Assembly (NCBI GenBank): GCA_043228905.1
Contig: JBHGNT010000008.1
Location: 6,820,001-6,884,000, forward strand
Direction: 5' to 3'
Origin: Azolla caroliniana
Taxonomy: Eukaryota; Plantae; Polypodiophyta
DNA length: 64,000 nt
Numbering within the stretch: the first letter of the stretch is position 1; every line of letters begins with the position of its first letter. The translations under genes were made by a program, and so were the position numbers. Below the pieces are notes generated by a model that searched no databases, was not told the DNA's origin, and saw nothing but the letters and a program-made list of their open reading frames with translations. Below, piece after piece: positions 55,424-64,000 of the stretch.

Positions 55424-58400
55424 TGTCGCGTTACTACGCGCGTGCGTGGAGAAAGGCGGGACCACGGGGTCTTGGACTAGGGAACGACGAAGCGTAGGAA
55501 GTCGCACTTCACTGTTTTCTGGGGCACCCCTGAAGCGCACCGGAAGCAGCCGAAGCGAGAGAGGGAGTGAGAGAGCGTGCTTGACACCGACTCACGCGCG
55601 CACACACACACACACACACGCGCACACACATGCAAACACGCCCTCTTGTACAGGAAACGCAGGGAAGGAGGGGAGCACCTGACACCAACAAGACGCCAAT
55701 ATACACAGACAGACGCAAACGTATATGTATATATATATAAGAAGAATACACTCCTGGCTTCGAGCCGGACCAGGATAGTTTACAACAGTCGTCTGCTGTC
55801 AAGCCGCCGTCGGGGAGCTCTCGGGCTCGTCGCGCCGAGCGGGGTCTTGCACAGGAGATAAGCTGTAGCCAACCCTAAATGAACACGAGGGGAAGAAGAA
55901 GAAGCAGAAGAAACCTAACCCTAAACCTACCGGTATACCCTCTAATCCAAAATGGGCAACCCTTTTACAAAGGGCGTTCCCTCCCTTTTATAGAACAAGG
56001 AGAGGGATGCGTTTCAATGTGGGACAAATCCCAACTTTCATGGGATCGTCTGTCCCGACTTGACTACTCTTCGGCGCCATAAAGGCGCCCTCGATATTCA
56101 CACCAAATGTACATGGGTGCGTACACACGCTGCACCCCACCGATGTAGACAATGTTTCCCGGTTCTCGCCTATGGCCGAAATTCTTCACGACATCCGCCC
56201 CCACCTAACTGCACGTCCACCGGTACGTGCCAATCTGGTTGAAGGGTGAGAGATTTTGGCCGGTGAGAACCCGGTCTCCCGTGATCCGCATCCCAGCTCG
56301 CTGCCGGTTTGATCCAGCGGCTTCGAGTCTTCCTTCGTGCTCACCTCCCCGTAAGCTCGTTCGACCTGTCGATGGGTCCTCTACCGCGATCTCCGTAGCA
56401 CGCGTTCTCCCGTTGGTCCTTGTCTGGCCGTATGAACGCCCCGCTTCCCGCCGTATGCCCGATGTCCTTCGCTAGAGGAATGCCCGTGGTAGCCCGCTTG
56501 GCCTCCGTTGTCGAATCGTGATGTCCTGATGGTGTTTCGCGTCGCCTTCGTCCTTCCGCCGCCACCTTCCTTCTCCATGGTCTTACATCGCCGCGTCGGC
56601 TCGAACCGCCATGGTCTCCGGAACGGTGTGGAGGATCCCTTTCCGGCCTTCTCCGCGCTCGCCTTTCCGCTCCGGCACCTCCGTGTGCCACATACCCTCG
56701 TCCGTTGTTTGGCACCGCCCGTGCCGCGCTCCGGTTCATTGCACATCTTGTCGGCCCCTTTTCGGCCAGTTCGTGCATCGCCGCTCACCCGCATACCGGT
56801 GTTCTTTGCATCCGAGGAACACCCCGTAGTAGCCCGCTTGGCCCTTCCCGTCTTCGTGCTGCTGCAACAGGTTCTGAGTCTTCCGCTTGCCGTCGTCCCC
56901 TCGCCCCCACTAGCTTGTCACCCCGGCTTGCCGTGTCAGTCTTCGTTACTTCGACGGAGCTACCGAGATCTTCGAAGCGAGTGTGGAGGATCCTCCTCCG
57001 GCCTCTCTTGCCATCTTGATTCCGACCCTGTGCAGTCCACTAGGCACTTGTCACTTCGTTCTCGGCACCTCCCTTGTGCCGCCTTCCGCGTCCTTCGTTC
57101 GGCCTCGCCCGCGCCGAACACCGTCCCGTAGTCACGCTTCGATCCAGTCCGTGATGGCCACTCGCGAGACCCTTGTTCTGTCCAAGGTGTGCCTTTCCGG
57201 CCTGACACACCTCCCCGTGTTCACCCCTATCGGCTCCTTCCGATACCTCGTGTCGTCGGGTCCCGTTCCCTGCCGCCACCGTCCTTCTCCCCCGGTCTCA
57301 CGTTGCCACGTTGGCCGAACTGCCGGAGTCTCCGGATCAGTGTGAGGGTCCCACAGGGCCGGACTCCGTTTCTATGCTTGCCGAAAGTCGGGTGTCTTTT
57401 GTTTGAGTTCCTCCCGGACTCTCCTTGTGCCTTCAGCGTAGCCGGGTCCCGTTTCTCGCCGCCACCAACCTTTTCTCTCGGTCTCATGTTGTCACGTTGG
57501 CCGAACTGCCGGAGTCTCTGGTTAAGTGTGGGGATCCCGTAGGACCGGACTTCCTTATGCCCATTGTCTTCGTCACCTCGTTGCCACTGTCAGTATCTTG
57601 GTCTTACGTCGACCGCGTTGCCGACAGCCGAAGCCTCTAGAACCGGTGTGAAGGATCCTCCGTAGACCGCCCTTCCGTAGCCCTTGCCTTCGTCACCTCG
57701 CCGCCACTGTCAGTATCTTGGTCTTACGTCGATTGCGTTGCCGACTGCCGAAGTCTCTAGAACCGGTGTGAAGGATCCTCCGTTGGCGTTCGTCGCCTTC
57801 CTGACCCTGCCCTTGGGTCGTCCTTTTCCGCATGCCGAGAGGGCGGTTTACTACGCACCCTCTCCCTGGTACCGACGTACCGTGTCCTCAGCCTCTTCGT
57901 AGGTCTGCTCTCTTCCTCCCTCCCGGAATGGTTATCCGGGAGTCCGCTCCGCCCGGTTCTGGTCTGTAATCTCAACCTTCGCCTGGTCGGTCTTTCTCCC
58001 CATGTAAAAGAGGGTGGCTCGACCCGCACCCCCTTCCGTATTGGCTCTTTCATGCCGAAACCAGACCCGATCGAACGATCCACGACCAGATCATGCTCCA
58101 CCCGTATCGGAATGCCGATCGCCTCGTGCCGCGTCCGCCCTCGGCCTCCTCACAGGCCGTTTCCCATCCGACTTCGCTGGCATCGTGCCAGGACTCCTCG
58201 GTACCGCCATCCATCTCCTTGGTCTGACATGGGCATACAGGCCCGAATGTCAAGTTCTCCGGAATCGGGTCCGTGGGCTTTCGTCTGATCCTTCCCTGTA
58301 TCGTCTCGCCGGTGATTCTTGGCCCTCCGCCGCCGCCTTTCTCCGCTTGGGACTCACGCGGGTATTCGGGCCCGACTGCCATCATCTCTGGAGCAAGCGT

Positions 58401-59898
58401 GGGAAGACACAAAGAATCACGCGCCCGTTTTACGCCCTTGTCCGTAGCCACCGGCTCTCCGTGGTCGGTGGTCGACTTCTTTTCGATCGCGCAAACCCCG
58501 TTTGGGCTTGCTTCTTCAATGACCGGGATCTCGGGCTGACACGCCCGAAACCGCTGGTCCCAACGTTCCGGTTCCGCGATCTGTATCTCGGGCTCGTCCT
58601 TGGCCGTTCTCTCTCCGCAAGTCGAGAGGGCGTTTCGTTCCGCACCCTCTCCCGTCGTACCGTCGTACCGATCTTCCGCCGTCGCGTGGGGCAAGTCCGT
58701 CTCCTCGGTCTCGGCTTCCGGCCTCGATCTTCCTTCTTCCTCGAGCATCGCTTTGAGAGCTTCGTACGCCTCCGCAATCCTGGCCCCAACGCCGACCCTT
58801 GCCGACTCTCTTTGCCGTTCGGCCTCTTCCCGCTTTGATGGCACGCCATCGCGCCCCTTCCTCTTAGCCCTCTCGGCTCGCACATCATCTAGCCGTTGGC
58901 ACACCTTTCCGACCTTCGACCAGTCCTCCGTAAGTCCATTCACTCCATCATTGTCTTTGAGCTCAATCCCGATGGCTTCCCGTTCCGCTCGGTCGATCGA
59001 CCTGACGAACAAAAGGACTTTGTCCGCCCCCACCAAACCTTGTTCCCGCTCCGGGAGCCGAGCAAGCCGTCGCTCGAACTCTCAGAACGCCTTCGTCGCG
59101 CCCCGGTGGGTCTTTGCCGATGCTACCCATTGGTCGAAGTCGTGTCGTCCCCGGCTCTTCCGCCGTCCTCCGTATGCCTTCAGGAGCGCCTCTTCAAAGG
59201 CCTCCCACGAACCATGAGCCTCACGGAGCTCCTTTACTTCCGCATGCATCCGGACCGCTACGACCCGACAGAAGAATTCCAGCCTCAACGCCTCGTCTAC
59301 GCCACGCCCGTCCATTTCCGCGTTGAAGGCTTCCAAGTAAGATGGGACTTTGTCCCTGTTGAAACGGCCGACTCTTTCGACCACTCGCTCAACCGCTTGT
59401 TGCGCTGCTTCCTACCTCATCACCACTCGTGCTGACTCCAACACCACTTCGGCCACCATCTCCACAAGGTCGTCGTCTTCCGACTCAATCCTCCCTTGCC
59501 GCCTTTCACGTCGGGTTCACCAAAGATGTCGCGTTACTACGCGCGTGCGTGGAGAAAGGCGGGACCACGGGGGTCTTGGACTAGGGAGCGACGGAGCGTA
59601 GGAAGTCGCACTTCACCGTTTTCTGGGGCACCCCTGAAGCGCACCGGAAGCAGCCGAAGGGAGAGAGGGAGTGAGAGAGCGTGCTTGACACCGACTCACG
59701 CTCGCGCACACACACGCACACACACCCACGCACACACGCACACACGCCCTCTTGTACAGGAAATGCAGGGAAGGAGGGGAGCACCCGACACCAACAAGAC
59801 GCCAATATACACAGACAGACGCAAACGTATATGTATATATATATAAGAAGAATACACTCCCGGCTTCGAGCCGGACCAGGATAGTTTACAACAGTCGT
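55424..59898 (-). mobile_element. Non-autonomous tRNA-Trp-primed Gypsy copy C: 3' LTR 55424-56193, truncated 5' LTR 59527-59898, gag only
   Basis: PBS TGGTGAACCCGACGTGA (59506-59522), PPT AGGTGGGGGCGGA. Gag VERVGRFNRDKVPSYL/DKVLLFVRSID homologous to copy A. No pol. Internal duplications at about 57250-57545 and 57570-57785. Confidence 0.85.
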
Positions 59899-60062
59899 GG
59901 TTGTGAGCCTGTTGGGGAAGGAATAGAGCTTCATGAGTGCCATTCGTTGTTGGTCTGCCTCACCAAATGTTCCTTCGAGCTCAGTGAGGAAGGCGGGGAA
60001 GTTTTCCAAAAGAGGGGATGAGGTCTTGACCAATGGCACAAACCACGCTTGCGCCAACCCGG

Positions 60063-60090
60063 TGTCGTGAAGATTCCGGGCCATGGTGAG
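60063..60090 (+). mobile_element. 28-bp stub of another LTR related to copy C, interrupted by a Copia
   Basis: TGTCGTGAAGATTCCGGGCCATGGTGAG resembles the copy C LTR 5' end TGTCGTGAAGAATTTCGGCCATAGGCGAG. Confidence 0.6.
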
Positions 60091-63000
60091 TGTTAAGAAT
60101 CAATGGTGATTCTTGATAGCGTAATAGACTAGAGATATGTGTTGTGAGTGAGTGTGTGTGTGTGTGTGTATGAGAGAGAGAGAGAGAGAGAGAAACAAAG
60201 ATAGATAGATTATTTTTTTCAACAAGAATAGAATACTCAAGACAATGTATATTACAAAGGAGATTAACCGAACTTATTACAAAGTAGGAGGACAGTGCTT
60301 TATATAGTCACTCTCTCTCTTCATTAACTACCGAAACTCATGGGTCATGGGGAATGTGAAAGCTCATTAGTTATGTGTCATAGAATATGATTCTATGACA
60401 CATAGTTAATGTGTGGATAAGAGTGGTGACTTTTGACCTTTGAGTGCACACTCTCAAGGGTGTGTTCACACGCTAGACTAGGTTGAGCTTGATTCTCAAC
60501 ACGCCCCCTCAAGATCAATTTTGGTCGGCTGCTTCAATTGATGTCCGCTTTGGCTCGTATCCCATTTGGACGGTATCCGGTACATCCGGCTCGTACTCCC
60601 CCTCAAGCTTGGCAAGTCAAGGACCGTTAACCCAAGGTCTGACAGGAATTGCCGAAGCTTGTTGGCTCCTAGGGCTTTGGTGAAGATGTCGGCTGTCTGA
60701 AGATTCGTAGACATATGTTGAAAATCGACATCGCCAGCCTGAACACACTCTCGAATGAAGTGATAGTGCACTTCGATATGCTTTGTGCGTGCGTGGAACA
60801 CCGGGTTCTGAGCCAGATAAATACTGCTCATGTTGTCGTAGTAAAGGAGAATCGGATCTTTTATGGGAACACCCAGATCCTTTAATATCCTCTTGAGCCA
60901 TACAACTTCACATGCCGCCACCGCTGCGCCCCTATATTCGGCCTCTGTGCTCGAAAGAGCGATAGTTGGTTACTTCTTGCTACTCCAGGAGATGGCTCCA
61001 CTTCCAAGGGAGAAGAAAAAACCAGAGGTTGATCGTCGGTCGGCTTTGTAGGCTGCCCAGTCGGCATCTGTGTACCCCTCGAGTTGAATTAGCGTGGCCG
61101 ACTTATAGAGAATGCCATAGTCCATCGTTCCGCTCACGTATCGTAGCACTCTCTTAGCATAATCCAAATGGATATCTCGTGGCGTTTGCATGAACTGGCT
61201 AAGAAGGCCGATCGGATAGCTCAGGTCAGGTCGAGTGATCGTGAGATAGATAAGACTACCGATCAGTTGTGAATACTGAGTCGGCTCACACTCTGTGGTG
61301 CCAGAAGTGGCATCTAGTTTGAGGTTTCGGTCGAGAGGTGTTGCCACAGACTTGCACTCAGTCATCCCGAACTTGTATAACAAGTTGAGAATGTAGTGTT
61401 GTTGGAAGATCATAATCCCAGCTAGAGTCCGAATTACCTCGATGCCAAGGAAGTAGTGGAGCTCTTTCATGTCCGTCATCTCGAATTTGTTGGAAAGGAG
61501 GGATTTGACCTTGCTGATGTCGATTAGATGCTCACCTCCAATGACCAGATCATCCACTTACAAGATGATGACGATCGGACTTTCGGAATCGCTTCTTACA
61601 TAGAGAGAATTGTCGGATTTTGACATTCGGAAGCCGATTCGATGAAGATATTGTTTTATCTTTGAGTGCCAAGCACGTGGTGCTTGCTTAAGGCCGTAGA
61701 GAGGCTTCTTGAGTCGGCAAATGGCATTTAAATGAATGTTGGATTCGAAGCCGGGTGGTTGTACCATGTACACCTCCTCTTCTAATTCTCCTTGAAGAAA
61801 AGCGTTCTTTACATCCATCTGGTGGAGGTACCACCCTTTCGCTGCTGCAAGCGCTATCATGGTTTGCATGGTTGTCATCTTTGCCACCTGGGCAAAGGTC
61901 TCTTCATAGTCGACACCCTGTGTTTGTGTGTAGCCCTTTGCTACGAGTCAAGCTTTGTAGCGGTTGACGGAACCGTTGGCATTATACTTCACTTTGTATA
62001 TCCATCTGCAACCAATTTCCTTCTTGTGCGGTGAGTGAGGGACGAGATCCCATGTCTCATTCTTGCTGAGAGCTTGCATCTCCTCATTCATCGCTTCGAC
62101 CCATCAAGGATCTTTAGCAGCTTCAGCAAAGTTCTCCAGTTCTCGAATTGTTGCCACCTTCATCATAAAGGCATAGTGGTATGCCATATAGTCGTTGTAG
62201 CCAAATCGGCTAACCGGATTCTTCTCTCGGGTGGAGTGACGGAGTTTCTCATTTGCCGATGTGAGTGCTTTCTCAACTCTGGGTGACCTCATAAGAGGCA
62301 CATCAAAGCCATCAAACTCACTATCGAGTGAATGAGTCGATTCGTTTCCATCGAGGTGATCGTCTTCATATTCCGGCATTTTGGCCTTCCCTTTGTCCAT
62401 CTTTTGGACTTGGCCGAGATGAGCTTTGGTTGCTCGGAGGCTCTTGTGGTCTGCTCAATCTAGTTGAGATCGGACTCTCTTCGAGTATTGACCTTAGTTT
62501 ATCATCGTCTTCTGTGTTGTCGAGGTCGTTCGTAGATGGTTCGGGAGGAGTCGGCTCAGGTTTGTACCATGATGTTGATTCGTCAAAGACAACATCCCGA
62601 CTTACACGAGTCTTCCGAGTAGAGGGGTTGAAGCACTTGTACCCCTTTTGCTCTTGTGAGTACCCCATGAGGATGCACTTCTTTGATTTTGGGTCAAGCT
62701 TCTGCCACTTCTCATCGGGAATGTGCACGTATGTAATGGAGCTGAATATCCTTACATGGGATAGATCCGGTTTCTTCCCATAGTATTTCTCGCTCGGGGT
62801 GACCTGGTGCACTCCGGATGTTGTGCATTGGTTCATGAGGTAGACGGCGGTATTTGCAGCTTTTGCCCAATATGACTTGGGCATATGCTTCTCATTTAGC
62901 ATGGCCCTTGCTACTTCGAGGACGTGCCGATTCTTGCGTTTGGCTACACCGTTCTATTGTAGTGTGTGTCGGCAAGTGAATTCTCGCTGAATTCCTTCTT

Positions 63001-64000
63001 GTCGAAGGTATGCCGTGAACGCATCGGAGAAGTATTCCTTTCCTCCGTCTGACCAAAGACATCGTACATGACACCCAGTTCTCTTTTCGACTTCACTTTT
63101 GAATTTTTGGAAGTGTGTAAACACTTCGCGCTTCATCCTCATGGGAAAGATCCATGTGTATCTAGATAAGTCATCGATGAAGGTAACATAGTACCGACAT
63201 CCTCCGAACGTAGCCGCCTGTGCCGGTCCCCACACATCCGAGTGGACTACGTCCAATAGGCCTTTGCTCACGTTCCTCTCCTTCGGGAACGGGTGTCGAT
63301 GTTGCTTGCCGAATTGGCATGCTTCACATACTCCTTCAATCTCTTTCTCTTTGAAGGTCGGGAGCCCAATGACGACTCCTTTCGATTGCATTGCCTTGAG
63401 TTTGTTGAGATTGATATGGCCGATTCTTTTATGCCATAGCTCTATGTTAGTGTTGTGTTTGAGGCCCTTTGCAAACATGGCCGATTTTACCTCGTTCGCT
63501 TCGAGGATAAACATTCGACCTTCCCTTCGACCACGAGCAATTTGTCAGCCTTCCTTCTCGATGAAGCAACCTCCTTGGTTGAATCGAACTTGCATCCCTT
63601 GCTCCACAATTTGGCCGACAGAGACCAAATTCCTCGTTATGGTGGGTACATGTAAGACGTTTTTTATGCAAGTTTGTTCACCTTCTTTCCTAAATGGGAC
63701 ATTGCCGACATGCCGAATCGGATGAGTGGTGTCGTCTCTGGTCTCGACATAACCGGGTCGATCTGGCTCTCGAAGTTCTTTGAACCATTCTAGATGGGAC
63801 ATCATATGGTTCAAAGCACCGGAGTCGACGAACCATACATCTTCCGGATTGGAGGCATTAGTCGAAGTAGAGGCCGACATAGGATTTGCTCTATGTCTCA
63901 TTACAAACATTCCGCCATGATCTTCATAGTCGGAGTTGGTGGCGTAATTGGTGAGTTGTTGGCTTGTGGAAGCCGACTCGCGCTTCTTCTTTCGGCACTC
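60091..64000 (-). mobile_element. Decayed Copia: 3' LTR 60091-60501, pol remnants running off the window
   Basis: WFVDSGA, LWHKRIGH, VHSDVWGP, QMDVKNAFL, YTDADWA, ADIFTK. PPT TTGAGGGGGCG. Several stops and frameshifts. Confidence 0.93.

Larger units (their letters stand above)
29487..60062 (-). mobile_element. Old chromovirus-like Gypsy host surviving as pieces: RT 29487-29674, PR 53630-54224, gag 54971-55423 and 59899-60062
   Basis: [26 protein letters not shown]; HALLDSRVCSCF; TPMEID..GLCLY; VQCDNRLFE; AQAWFVPLV..TFGEAD. The pieces rejoin across the TSDs of the nested inserts. Confidence 0.75.

Noticed and set aside
56341-58888. Many overlapping Arg/Pro-rich ORFs
   Set aside because: Expected in GC-rich, stop-poor sequence. 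Only the minus-strand gag frame has family homology.

Overview
Gene-free, deeply nested transposon block from a plant nuclear genome. The element mix points to a non-seed land plant such as a fern (inference). I found no host gene. Left to right: a Copia 5' end; a decayed L1-type LINE; nested Copia elements, including one intact 5,358-bp copy with apparently identical LTRs and a 1,358-aa polyprotein; a tRNA-Trp-primed Gypsy family (three copies plus a stub) with 4-bp CpG-centred target sites and a -1 frameshift signal; a Gypsy integrase fused to a C-terminal retropepsin; and a decayed chromovirus. That chromovirus hosts a solo LTR, which hosts a 23.4-kb TIR DNA transposon (25-bp TIRs, 4-bp TSD, Sola2-like transposase). 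The transposon carries a second, convergent FCP1/NIF HAD-like gene and a TAGCTAATTAGCTA satellite. Best candidates for something new: (1) tRNA-like Pol III A/B-box modules in the same place and antisense orientation in the U3 of four dissimilar Gypsy LTR families; (2) the two-gene Sola2-like transposon; (3) a fossil LTR-LTR (2-LTR-circle-type) junction with an inverted U3 cap in a probably self-priming chromovirus. All calls were made by eye, with no database searches.
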